Positions 38,577-47,485 of a DNA stretch of 64,000 nt are shown piece after piece. The DNA is from Faecalibacterium sp. CAG:1138 (lineage in GTDB: Bacteria; Bacillota; Clostridia; Christensenellales; CAG-917), in the NCBI GenBank assembly GCA_000434675.1, contig HF988646.1, forward strand, positions 9,712 to 73,711, given 5' to 3'. A program made the translations under genes and the position numbers. A model generated the notes under the pieces. It was not told where the DNA came from. It searched no databases and saw nothing but the letters and a program-made list of their open reading frames with translations. Position 1 is the first letter of the stretch. Each line of letters begins with the position of its first letter.

Positions 38577-40271
38577 ATGAAAGTTTCCGACGTTCTCACC
38601 GTCGAAATCGTCGACAGCGGAATGGAAGGCGAGGGCATAGCCAAGGTTGACGGCTACGTTCTTTTCGTTCCTATGGCGCTGAAGGGCGAAACGGTGCAAA
38701 TAAGAATAGACCACCTAAAAAAGAATTTCGGCTACGCAACGCTGAAAAAAGTTGAGATTCCGTCCGACAAAAGGGTTCGGCCGGCGTGTCCCGTTTACGG
38801 CGTTTGCGGCGGATGCGACATGCAGCACGTTGCCTACGACGAGCAAAAGGAGCAAAAGCGCAGGCAAATCGAAACTTGTCTGAGGAAAAACGCCGGCATC
38901 GAATTTTCGGTTCCGGAGGTTTACGGCGGATCAAATCGGTTCGCCTACCGCAACAAGCTTCAGATGCCGTTCGGACAAAAGGACGGCAAAGCCGTGCTGG
39001 GCTTTTTCAAGGAAGGGACGCATACGGTCGTTCCGACCGCGCGATGCGTTTTGCACGGCAAGTGGGCAGAAGATCTGATGAAAGCCGTTTTGTCGTGGGC
39101 AAACGAAAACAAGGTTTCCGTTTACGACGAAAGGTCCCAAAAGGGGATTCTCAGACATCTCGTGGCCCGAAACGTAGGCGGCCAAACGGTGATCGTCATC
39201 GTCGGAAACGGCAACAAACTGCCTGCTGCGGACAATCTTATCTCCGCCCTAAAAAGCGTTTTCGGCGACGGCTTCAAGCTCTATTTTTCTCCTAACCGCA
39301 AAAACACCAACGTCATTCTGGGCGAAAGCGTGACGGAAATTTACGGCAAAAACGTCAAAGCAAACGTCGGAGGAGTCAGGGTGGACGTAAGCCCTTACAC
39401 TTTTTTGCAGGTGAACGACGAAGTGCGCGATACGATATATTCGGCCGTAGCGGCCGAGGTGGAAAACGGCGTTGACGTCGTCATCGACGCCTACTCCGGC
39501 ATGGGCATAATGACCGCGCTTCTGTCCTCGAAAGCGAAGGAAGTTTACGGCGTCGAAATCGTTCCCGAGGCAGTTTCGGACGCCGACAAACTGATGGCCG
39601 AAAACGGCATCAAAAACGTCAAAAACATCGCGGGCGACGCCGCAGAAGTGCTGCCGAAGCTTGCAAAAAGCCTCTCGGAAACGAAAGCGGATTACGTTTA
39701 TCATTTGGCACAATCGCCATTTGAAGCAATAAAAAGCGGCCGAAAAACCTTTGAATTGCGTCTTTACGACGAAAAACGCCGCAGTCTTAAAGTCGGCGAC
39801 GTCATCGAATTCTACACGGACGGCACCGACGAGAGGCTACTGAAAAAAGTCAAAAATCTTTTCGTATTCGACGATTTTTCCGCGCTTTTCAAAACGCTCG
39901 GCACGGGTGAAAACACCTGCGGCGCCGTTATGACCGAGGACGCAGCCATTTTAGGTATGGGCAAGTATTATTCCGAGGAACGCCAACAGAGAAACAAAGT
40001 CGTCGCCATAGAGCTTGCGCCCGCAGAAAAATCAATAACCGTCGTTTTGGATCCGCCACGGAAGGGTTGCGATCAAAAGACGCTTGCCGCGGTAAAGGAA
40101 GCCCGCCCCGAAAAGGTTATATACGTCAGCTGCAATCCCGCAACTCTTGCCCGCGACCTTGCGCTTTTGAAAACCGATTTCGATCTCGTTTCCGTCAGAG
40201 CCTACGACATGTTCCCTCAAACCAAGCACGTCGAAACCCTCGCCGTCCTTACGAAAAAAGGTAATACATGA
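38577..40271 (+). CDS. rlmD: TRAM/RumA-type 23S rRNA (uracil-C5)-methyltransferase with an inserted ASCH-like domain
   Basis: TRAM N-terminus, 4Fe-4S cysteines CPVYGVCGGCDMQH, SAM motif IDAYSGMGI, DPPRKG, and catalytic VSCNPATLARD. A ~115-aa SPFEAIKSGRKTFELRLYDEKRRSLKVGDVIEF segment is inserted before DPPRKG. Confidence 0.85.
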   Translation: MKVSDVLTVEIVDSGMEGEGIAKVDGYVLFVPMALKGETVQIRIDHLKKNFGYATLKKVEIPSDKRVRPACPVYGVCGGCDMQHVAYDEQKEQKRRQIETCLRKNAGIEFSVPEVYGGSNRFAYRNKLQMPFGQKDGKAVLGFFKEGTHTVVPTARCVLHGKWAEDLMKAVLSWANENKVSVYDERSQKGILRHLVARNVGGQTVIVIVGNGNKLPAADNLISALKSVFGDGFKLYFSPNRKNTNVILGESVTEIYGKNVKANVGGVRVDVSPYTFLQVNDEVRDTIYSAVAAEVENGVDVVIDAYSGMGIMTALLSSKAKEVYGVEIVPEAVSDADKLMAENGIKNVKNIAGDAAEVLPKLAKSLSETKADYVYHLAQSPFEAIKSGRKTFELRLYDEKRRSLKVGDVIEFYTDGTDERLLKKVKNLFVFDDFSALFKTLGTGENTCGAVMTEDAAILGMGKYYSEERQQRNKVVAIELAPAEKSITVVLDPPRKGCDQKTLAAVKEARPEKVIYVSCNPATLARDLALLKTDFDLVSVRAYDMFPQTKHVETLAVLTKKGNT

Positions 40272-40349
40272 AATGTTGAACGGAAATTTTATAAAAGGTC
40301 TTTTAACCGAGAACAAACTGCTCGGCGCGGAAGCGGCATCGAAAACGGC

Positions 40350-40778
40350 ATGAAAGCGGCCGTGGAACTTGCGAACGTCATTCTTAAAACCAAATCGTCC
40401 AAAAAAGAAGACCTTTGGGCGTACGAGGTAACTTACTATAAAAAGCGCGGAGCCGATCACGTCGGCATCGACGTTCTGAAACGCTGGCTGCTGGCGGCAA
40501 AACCGTCGGATCTGGACTGGCTTTTCGAAAAGGGCGTCGTGGACGAAAAGAACATGGCGGACGCGGCCACCGGCCACCTCATAGTTTTAAGTTTTCCCGA
40601 GCTTTTGCAAAAGGTAAAAAGAGGCTTCACGAGATTGCCGCTTCTCCTCAGAATGAACGACATGCTTATGCGCGCAAAACGCGCCGCCGCGCTCGGCCGG
40701 AAAATACCTTCTTCCTACAACGAAGACAAAATTTCTTCCTGGCGCGCAAAAATCGAAAAAACCGTTTACGGCAAATAA
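40350..40778 (+). CDS. Hypothetical protein (142 aa)
   Basis: ORF only; no domain recognised. A 26-codon ORF ends on its ATG (GCATGA). Confidence 0.35.
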   Translation: MKAAVELANVILKTKSSKKEDLWAYEVTYYKKRGADHVGIDVLKRWLLAAKPSDLDWLFEKGVVDEKNMADAATGHLIVLSFPELLQKVKRGFTRLPLLLRMNDMLMRAKRAAALGRKIPSSYNEDKISSWRAKIEKTVYGK

Positions 40779-41009
40779 TTTTCGGATTTTATTGTTTATT
40801 ATGTAAGCATTTATATTGATAGAAAAAGATAGGCGCCGCAGTCCCTTATAAAGCGGCAGCGCAAAAAATTTCTGCGCCGAAAAAAATTTGCGGTTTGCAA
40901 AAATTATGCAAACAACAAGTTTTTATAAAAAATTTAGATAATATTCGAAAATTCGACAAAAAACGGACAATGCACCGTCCGTTTTTGTATTGCGCCAAAA
41001 ACGACTACA

Positions 41010-41057
41010 CCACAACATATTGTGTCTCGCAAAAAAAGTGCATACAATATGATGTAT
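41010..41057. promoter_or_regulatory. Two NrdR-box-like palindromes upstream of nrdD
   Basis: CCACAACATATTGTGT (41010-41025) and ATACAATATGATGTAT (41042-41057). The centres are 32 bp apart, and both resemble the acaCwAtATaTwGtgt consensus. Confidence 0.6.
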
Positions 41058-41062
41058 TTCGA

Positions 41063-41091
41063 TTGACATTGAACGGGGCGTTTGCTATAAT
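41063..41091 (+). promoter_or_regulatory. Sigma-A type promoter for nrdD
   Basis: TTGACA, a 17-nt spacer, then TATAAT, immediately downstream of the NrdR boxes. Confidence 0.6.
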
Positions 41092-41126
41092 CAAAAACGT
41101 ACATTTCACAAAAGGAGGAAGCAACA

Positions 41127-43511
41127 ATGCTTCAAGTTAAAAAAAGGGATAACAACGTAGTACCGTTTGATCTTTCCAAGATCGAAAACGCCATTGAAAA
41201 GGCGTTTATTGCCGTTGGCAAATGCTACACCAAGGATATTATCGAGCTTTTAAGTCTGAAGGTTACCGCGGCGGTTTCCGACAAAGTGTCGGACGGAGTG
41301 GTTTCCGTCGAAGACGTGCAGGACAGCGTCGAAGTGGTGCTCATTCAGGCCAGCTACGTGGACGTTGCGAAAGCGTACATTCTGTATCGTAAGAATCACG
41401 AAAAAATGCGCAACATGTCCTCCACCGTGCTTGACTACAAGGCCACGGTCGGCAACTATCTTAAAATCAACGACTGGCGCGTGAAGGAGAACTCCACCGT
41501 TACCTATTCTGTCGGCGGACTTATCCTTTCCAACAGCGGCGCGATCACCGCCAACTACTGGCTTTCCGAAATCTACGACGAAGAAATCGAAAAGGCTCAT
41601 CGCAACGCGGATATCCATATCCACGACCTCAGCATGCTCACGGGTTATTGTGCCGGTTGGTCCTTGAAACAGCTTATTATGGAAGGTCTGGGCGGCGTGC
41701 CGGGCAAAATCACCAGCTCTCCTGCCGGCCACCTCAGCACTCTCTGCAATCAGATGGTCAACTTCCTCGGCATCATGCAGAACGAATGGGCAGGCGCGCA
41801 GGCGTTCAGCTCCTTCGACACCTATCTTGCGCCGTTCGTCAAGGTTGACAACCTCTCCTACAAAGAGGTCAAGCAGTGCATCCAGAGCTTCATTTACGGT
41901 GTAAACACTCCGTCCAGATGGGGCACGCAGGCGCCGTTCACCAACATCACTTTGGACTGGGTAGTTCCAAACGATTTGGCCGAGCTTAACGCCATTGTCG
42001 GCGGCAAAGAACTTGATTTCAAGTACAAGGATTGCCAAAAAGAAATGGCCATGGTCAACAAGGCGTTCATCGAAATTATGATCGAAGGCGACGCCAACGG
42101 CCGCGGCTTCCAGTATCCTATCCCGACCTATTCCATCACCAGGGATTTCGACTGGTCAGAAACCGAAAACAACAAACTTCTCTTCGAAATGACCGCAAAA
42201 TACGGCACCCCGTATTTCAGCAATTACATCAACAGCGATATGGAGCCGTCGGACGTCAGGTCCATGTGCTGCAGATTGCGTCTGGATCTTAGGGAACTGA
42301 GGAAAAAATCGGGCGGCTTCTTCGGAAGCGGCGAAAGCACGGGTTCCGTGGGCGTCGTAACCATAAATATGCCGAGGATCGCGTATCTTTCCAAGGACGA
42401 AAACGAATTTTTCGAGCGCCTTGAAAAGCTGATGAATTTGTCCGCAAGAAGCCTGAAAATCAAACGTAACGTCATTTCCAAGCTTTTGGAAGAAGGCTTG
42501 TATCCGTACACCAAACGTTATCTCGGCACCTTCAACAATCACTTTTCCACCATCGGCCTTGTGGGCATGAACGAAGCGTGCCTCAACGCAAAATGGCTGG
42601 GCGTCGATCTCACGCACAAAGAAGCGCAGGAATTCACCAAAAAGACGCTCAACTTCATGCGTAACAAGCTCAGCGACTATCAGGAAGAGTACGGCGACCT
42701 CTACAACCTCGAGGCCACCCCTGCCGAAAGCACTTCCTACCGTCTGGCGAAACACGACAGAAAGTACTATCCGGACATCATCACCGCCACCAACAGTAAG
42801 GATCAGGCTCCGTACTACACCAACAGCTCGCACCTGCCTGTAGGCTACACCGCAGACATCTTCGAGGCCCTGGACATTCAGGACGAACTTCAGACTCTCT
42901 ACACCTCCGGCACCGTTTTCCATGCGTTCTTGGGGCAAAAGCTCTCCGACTGGAAAGCCGCGGCAAACCTGGTCAGGAAGATTGCCGAAAACTACAAGCT
43001 TCCTTATTACACCATGAGCCCTACCTATTCCGTATGTCAGGAACACGGTTATCTCGAAGGCGAAGTTTACAAATGCCCGAAATGCGGCCGCACCACCGAG
43101 GTTTACAGCCGTATCACCGGCTACTATCGTCCGGTTCAGAACTGGAACGACGGCAAGCTTGAAGAGTTCCACGCCAGAAAGACCTACGACATCGCCAACA
43201 GCCACCTCAAATCCGAGTGCCGCGTAAAGGCGGAAGACGTCAAAAAACCGGAAAAAGCGCAAGTTAAAGAGCTTCTGCTTTTCACCACCAAAACTTGCCC
43301 TAACTGCAAGATGGCCAAAGCAATGCTTCAAAAAGCAGGAATAACCTACACGTCCGTCGACGCGCAGGACGAAAAGGAAGTAACGTTGAGCTACGGCGTC
43401 AAAAAGGCTCCGACGCTGCTCGTTCCTAACGGCGACGGCTTCGACGTCTACGACAACGCCAGCGAAATCAAAAAATTCATCGAAAAACAAGGAGCGACCG
43501 TAAATGCATGA
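41127..43511 (+). CDS. nrdD: Anaerobic (class III) ribonucleoside-triphosphate reductase with a C-terminal glutaredoxin/NrdH-like domain
   Basis: ATP-cone N-terminus, zinc ribbon CPKCG, and glycyl-radical motif SRITGYYRPV. An extra ~100 aa ends in a thioredoxin-fold segment LLLFTTKTCPNCKMAKAMLQKAGITYTSVD (CPNC at 43296-43307). Confidence 0.9.
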   Translation: MLQVKKRDNNVVPFDLSKIENAIEKAFIAVGKCYTKDIIELLSLKVTAAVSDKVSDGVVSVEDVQDSVEVVLIQASYVDVAKAYILYRKNHEKMRNMSSTVLDYKATVGNYLKINDWRVKENSTVTYSVGGLILSNSGAITANYWLSEIYDEEIEKAHRNADIHIHDLSMLTGYCAGWSLKQLIMEGLGGVPGKITSSPAGHLSTLCNQMVNFLGIMQNEWAGAQAFSSFDTYLAPFVKVDNLSYKEVKQCIQSFIYGVNTPSRWGTQAPFTNITLDWVVPNDLAELNAIVGGKELDFKYKDCQKEMAMVNKAFIEIMIEGDANGRGFQYPIPTYSITRDFDWSETENNKLLFEMTAKYGTPYFSNYINSDMEPSDVRSMCCRLRLDLRELRKKSGGFFGSGESTGSVGVVTINMPRIAYLSKDENEFFERLEKLMNLSARSLKIKRNVISKLLEEGLYPYTKRYLGTFNNHFSTIGLVGMNEACLNAKWLGVDLTHKEAQEFTKKTLNFMRNKLSDYQEEYGDLYNLEATPAESTSYRLAKHDRKYYPDIITATNSKDQAPYYTNSSHLPVGYTADIFEALDIQDELQTLYTSGTVFHAFLGQKLSDWKAAANLVRKIAENYKLPYYTMSPTYSVCQEHGYLEGEVYKCPKCGRTTEVYSRITGYYRPVQNWNDGKLEEFHARKTYDIANSHLKSECRVKAEDVKKPEKAQVKELLLFTTKTCPNCKMAKAMLQKAGITYTSVDAQDEKEVTLSYGVKKAPTLLVPNGDGFDVYDNASEIKKFIEKQGATVNA

Positions 43512-44445
43512 CGTCATAGTTATCGGCGCAGGCGTGGCAGGCATGACTGCCGCGCTCAACGTCCTCAGGGGCGGGAAAAGCGTTTTGGTTTTGGAATCCG
43601 AAAGCTTCGGCGGGCAGGTAAGCTTTTCGCCGAGGGTGGAGAACGTACCTTCCATAAAACAAATTTCCGGTTCGGAATTTGCCGACAATCTTTTTGAACA
43701 GATCACCGACCTCGGCGCCGACGTAGAGCTGGAAAAGGTGCTTAAAGTGGAAAAACAGGAAGATAAAACCTTCGTTGTGACAACCGACTACGGCACCCAC
43801 ACCGCAAAAGCCGTCATCTTGGCAACCGGCGTGAAGCATCGTCACATCGGGGTAGAGAGGGAACTCGACCTCGTCGGGCACGGCGTAAGCTATTGCGCTG
43901 TTTGCGACGGAGCGTTTTACGAGGGCGAAGAAGTGGCGCTCATCGGCGACGCAAACCCCGCTCTTCAGTACAGCCTTCTTCTTTCCAACTATTGCAAAAA
44001 GGTTTATGTTCTGACTCTGTTCGACAAGTTCTTTGCGGACAAAATTCTGGTGGACAGGCTTCGTGAGCGCGACAACGTCGAAATTCATCACAACCTCTCT
44101 TTGCAGGAGTTTTTGGGCGAAGAGGAGCTCACCGGCATACGCCTTAAAAACACCAAGGACGGCACGGACTTTATGGTTCGTTGCAAAGGTTGCTTCATCT
44201 GCATAGGGCAGGTACCGGACAACAAGGCGTTTGAAAACATAGTGGATTTGGACAGGGCAGGCTACATCGTTTCCGACGAAAGCTGCACCACCAAAACCGA
44301 CGGCGTGTTCGTTGCGGGCGACTGCCGCACCAAAAAAATGCGTCAGATCACCACTGCCGCGGCCGACGGCGCAACGGCGGGGGTTTTTGTGCCCGACGGC
44401 GCAACGGCGGCGTTTCTGGCCAATGGCTACATCGACACTTTGTAA
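43504..44445 (+). CDS. Thioredoxin-reductase-like flavoprotein lacking canonical NADPH motifs
   Basis: FAD motif VIVIGAGVAGMTAA and redox-active CAVCDG are present. The second dinucleotide motif reads LIGDANPALQ instead of GGGNSA, and HRRDxxRA is replaced by TLFDKFFAD. Overlaps the nrdD stop by 8 nt. Confidence 0.8.
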   Translation: MHDVIVIGAGVAGMTAALNVLRGGKSVLVLESESFGGQVSFSPRVENVPSIKQISGSEFADNLFEQITDLGADVELEKVLKVEKQEDKTFVVTTDYGTHTAKAVILATGVKHRHIGVERELDLVGHGVSYCAVCDGAFYEGEEVALIGDANPALQYSLLLSNYCKKVYVLTLFDKFFADKILVDRLRERDNVEIHHNLSLQEFLGEEELTGIRLKNTKDGTDFMVRCKGCFICIGQVPDNKAFENIVDLDRAGYIVSDESCTTKTDGVFVAGDCRTKKMRQITTAAADGATAGVFVPDGATAAFLANGYIDTL

Positions 44446-44453
44446 AAGTATAA

Positions 44454-44480
44454 GTCAGACAGCGTTTTGCTGTCTGATTT
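44454..44480 (+). terminator. Intrinsic terminator after the TrxR-like gene
   Basis: Hairpin TCAGACAGCGTTTTGCTGTCTGA followed by TTTT. Confidence 0.7.
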
Positions 44481-44567
44481 TATATTATCCCCAAAATTCC
44501 CCCTCTCGGATTGACTTTTCGCCCCCGCCGTGTTAATCTATAACTATCAATTTTTTCGAGGCGCAAA

Positions 44568-45434
44568 ATGAAGTGCTGGCTTGTTGTAAACGGCTTTTTG
44601 AATTCCAAAAAGTTTGAAGAAATATACGGTTTTTTATGCCGCAGCGGCAAAAAACTGGGCATAGACGTTGAGGTGAAAACGGGCGCCGATATTTTTTGCG
44701 GCGTAAACGAAGGCTTTTCGTCGTTTTCGCTTCCCGATTTCGTGCTTTTCTGGGACAAGGACGCGTACACCGCAAAGCGACTGGAAGAGGCGGGTTTACG
44801 CCTTTTCAATTCGGCCGCAAGCGTTGAGCTTTGCGACAACAAGTGCCTGACGGCTATGGCGCTTCGCGGCAAAGTGAAAACGCCCGAAACCTTTATAGCT
44901 CCGAAAACCTTCGAGGGCGTCGGCTTTAGCAATCTGACTTTTTTGGATAAAGCCGCCAAAAAGCTCGGCTATCCGATGGTTGTGAAGGAAGCGTACGGCT
45001 CGTTCGGCAAACAGGTTTATCTCGTCCGAAACCGCGCCGAGGCGGAAACGCTGGTGAAGAGCTTTGGCGCAAAGGATTTTCTGATGCAAAAGTTCGTCGA
45101 AACCAGCTGCGGCCGCGACGTAAGGATAAACGTCGTAGGGGAAAAGGTGGTTTCCGCGATGTATCGCCACAACGAAAACGATTTCCGCTCCAACGTAACA
45201 AACGGCGGCAAGGCCGAAAACTACCTGCCGACCGAGGAGCAAAAGACTGCGGCCATTGCCGCGGCAAAGGCTCTGGGGCTTGACTTTTGCGGCGTGGACG
45301 TGCTTTTCGGCGAGGGCGGCGAACCCGTGATTGCGGAGGTCAATTCCAACCCGCATTTCAAGTCCACGTTCGACTGCACGGGCATAGATATGAGCGAGCA
45401 GATTCTGTCTTACGTCAAGGAGCAACTAAAGTGA
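44568..45434 (+). CDS. RimK-family ATP-grasp ligase
   Basis: 288 aa with an ATP-grasp core (PMVVKEAYGSFGKQVYLV, RINVVG, FRSNVTNGG, CGVDVLF...EVNSNP). Confidence 0.8.
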   Translation: MKCWLVVNGFLNSKKFEEIYGFLCRSGKKLGIDVEVKTGADIFCGVNEGFSSFSLPDFVLFWDKDAYTAKRLEEAGLRLFNSAASVELCDNKCLTAMALRGKVKTPETFIAPKTFEGVGFSNLTFLDKAAKKLGYPMVVKEAYGSFGKQVYLVRNRAEAETLVKSFGAKDFLMQKFVETSCGRDVRINVVGEKVVSAMYRHNENDFRSNVTNGGKAENYLPTEEQKTAAIAAAKALGLDFCGVDVLFGEGGEPVIAEVNSNPHFKSTFDCTGIDMSEQILSYVKEQLK

Positions 45435-46225
45435 AAGGACTTTTGATATACGACGCCGTGGGTTTTGCGCGCAATTCCTGGTTTGCCAAAAGACTTGAAC
45501 AAGCCTGCAAAAAACAGGGTTTAGATTTAAATTTGTGCGTTTTAACGTCCGAAACAGTGCATTTGCCGCTTGTTCCCGATTTCGCGGCAGTGCGGGTGGC
45601 AAACCCCGCTCTTACTAAAAAACTTGAGGACGCAGGCGTCAGAACCTTCAACAATTATAAAACCTCTTTCGTCGCCAACGACAAGTGGAAGACCTATCTT
45701 TTCTTGAAGGAAAACGGTTTTCGCGTTATGGAAACAGAGGAGGGTTTTTCCGAAAAATTGCCGTTCCCGTACGTTTTGAAAAGCGTGGACGGCCACGGCG
45801 GAAGCGAAGTGTTTCTCGTCAAAACGAAAGAGGAGAAAAACAAGCTTAAGGCGGAATATTCTTCGGGCAGACGGTTTGTGAGTCAAAAGCTTTGCTCAAG
45901 CCCCGGCCGCGACCTCAGGGTTTACGTTTTGGGCGGCAAGGTGCTTGCCGGCGCGATGAGAAGTTCTGCTTCCGATTTTCGGAGCAACTATTCTTTGGGC
46001 GGCACGGCCGAAATCGTTCAGGTTCCGCAAAATATCGCATTCTCTGCCGAGCGGATAGCCGCCAAGCTTCAAAGCGATTTCGTGGGCGTCGATTTTATAT
46101 TTGACGGCGACGATGCCGTAGTCAACGAAGTTGAGGACGTAGTCGGCACCCGAATGCTTTACGCCCTTACCGACCTTGACGCCGCGGAAGAATACGCAAA
46201 ATATATTGCCAAAAATCTGAAATAG
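45431..46225 (+). CDS. RimK-family ATP-grasp ligase, second divergent paralog
   Basis: The GTG start overlaps the upstream stop (GTGA). PYVLKSVDGHGGSEVFLV, RVYVLGG, FRSNYSLGG, VGVDFIF...EVED. Confidence 0.75.
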   Translation: MKGLLIYDAVGFARNSWFAKRLEQACKKQGLDLNLCVLTSETVHLPLVPDFAAVRVANPALTKKLEDAGVRTFNNYKTSFVANDKWKTYLFLKENGFRVMETEEGFSEKLPFPYVLKSVDGHGGSEVFLVKTKEEKNKLKAEYSSGRRFVSQKLCSSPGRDLRVYVLGGKVLAGAMRSSASDFRSNYSLGGTAEIVQVPQNIAFSAERIAAKLQSDFVGVDFIFDGDDAVVNEVEDVVGTRMLYALTDLDAAEEYAKYIAKNLK

Positions 46226-46242
46226 GATTTATAAGGAGAAAT

Positions 46243-46326
46243 ATGAAACGCTGCATTGCATTTGCCGATGCAGCCGCAAAATCCGAAGTGATGGGACCTA
46301 CCGAAACTTTGCTTTTTGGAAAATAG
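46243..46326 (+). CDS. 27-codon ORF with a strong SD, directly after the ATP-grasp pair
   Basis: TAAGGAGAAATATG, encoding MKRCIAFADAAAKSEVMGPTETLLFGK. Coding status is unproven. Confidence 0.25.
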   Translation: MKRCIAFADAAAKSEVMGPTETLLFGK

Positions 46327-46478
46327 CTCCCACAAAACGGCCGACAACCTCAAAACATTGCAAACGATGTTCATCGTTTCCACAAGTTTGCTGTCACTTT
46401 TCGTCATTGCGCTTGCCGTAGTTCTCATCGTCCGGAAACGCCGCGGTCATCTCGCCGCCTAACCCAACCAACCCAAAA

Positions 46479-46505
46479 AGCGAACCCTCCGGTTCGCTTT
46501 TTTAT
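46479..46505 (+). terminator. Intrinsic terminator marking the end of core DNA
   Basis: AGCGAACCCTCCGGTTCGCT followed by a T-run. Base composition changes visibly right after it. Confidence 0.7.
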
Positions 46506-46652
46506 TTTGTCTTTGTTTTGTTTCAAGTCCGTTGCCTACAAAAAAAGACAATGCTGTCGCATTGTCTTTATTTTGTAAACAAACAACAAAAAGGAGCGTC
46601 TTTTTATGCCGAAAAGGGGGCAGGCGTCCACGGGGAATTGAACTTGAATATG

Positions 46653-46681
46653 TTGATTTTTGACGAATAATTTGGTATAAT
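46653..46681 (+). promoter_or_regulatory. Sigma-A type promoter for the Abi2/NTase pair
   Basis: TTGATT, a 17-nt spacer, then TATAAT. Confidence 0.5.
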
Positions 46682-46708
46682 AATAAAAAATGCGAAGAGG
46701 TAAAAATA

Positions 46709-47485
46709 TTGTTTAACGATTTAGATTTCAAAAAAATATTTCCTCTAATGACTTTTGAAAGCGGCGAAGAAGAAACGTGCAGAAAGTATATGGAAACGAG
46801 AGGAATATATCTTTATAAGCAAGTTTATGATGCGTTAGCTACTTGGATGCCTAATGTTAAAGAAATCAAATATAAACAATTTTCAAATTTGATTCGATAC
46901 GATAAGGGAATAAGGGATAAACTATATATTTATCTTGCTGCGGCGGAAGAATATCTGCGCAATATTATATTTGAAGAATTAGAAATAGATAATCGTCCCC
47001 AAGACAGTACTAAAATTAAACTTAATATTAGTGATTTAAGGACAAGAACTGTAGAGGAGCGAAATGAAGAATCGAATTTATATTATTACTCTTACGCAAA
47101 GAATTTTGATTTTGGACTGATTGAGAAAGTCTTTCAAAAGTTCAAACTTGCCGAAAAGTATGGCTTGATTCAATCGGATATTAAAGAAGTTCGGAAATTA
47201 TTGAGAAACAAAGTAATGCATCATAGCATGTTACTGTTATCTTGTTTTACGGATCGACAAGACATAGAAAAAGAAATAAAAACACTTGAAAAAGGCGTAG
47301 AAGCGTTGTATAGATTATTGCCAACATTAGAGCTTCGTGAAGGTTCGTCAGTTGATGGTCGCATTAGCGGCGGTTTAACGCAGGCAATTAACAAAAGCAA
47401 TTATCCTGATGGAGATATTATGAAAAAGCCGTATGATAACATAATTTGTTTACACAAGTTCAAAGACGGGAGATTTATATTATAA
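46709..47485 (+). CDS. Abi2 (AbiD/AbiF)-like HEPN-domain protein
   Basis: LIRYDKGIRDKLYIYLAAAEEYLRNIIF and the Rx4H motif RNKVMH (47204-47221) match the Abi_2/HEPN pattern. TTG start with an AGAGGT SD; ATG 46748 is an alternative start. Confidence 0.65.
   Translation: MFNDLDFKKIFPLMTFESGEEETCRKYMETRGIYLYKQVYDALATWMPNVKEIKYKQFSNLIRYDKGIRDKLYIYLAAAEEYLRNIIFEELEIDNRPQDSTKIKLNISDLRTRTVEERNEESNLYYYSYAKNFDFGLIEKVFQKFKLAEKYGLIQSDIKEVRKLLRNKVMHHSMLLLSCFTDRQDIEKEIKTLEKGVEALYRLLPTLELREGSSVDGRISGGLTQAINKSNYPDGDIMKKPYDNIICLHKFKDGRFIL

Noticed and set aside
40272-40352. 26-codon ORF (MLNGNFIKGLLTENKLLGAEAASKTA) ending on the ATG of the 142-aa hypothetical gene, possibly a frameshifted N-terminus
   Set aside because: Without homologues, a frameshift cannot be distinguished from a chance ORF. 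No homopolymer is present at the junction.
40800-41126. Riboswitch (for example cobalamin) in the long nrdD leader
   Set aside because: No conserved riboswitch core is visible by eye. The region instead contains two NrdR-box palindromes and a consensus promoter, which explain the spacer.
46598-46633. 11-codon ORF (MPKRGQASTGN) with an AAGGAG SD at the island border
   Set aside because: It is too short to support and has no context evidence. It was noted only as a possible leader peptide.
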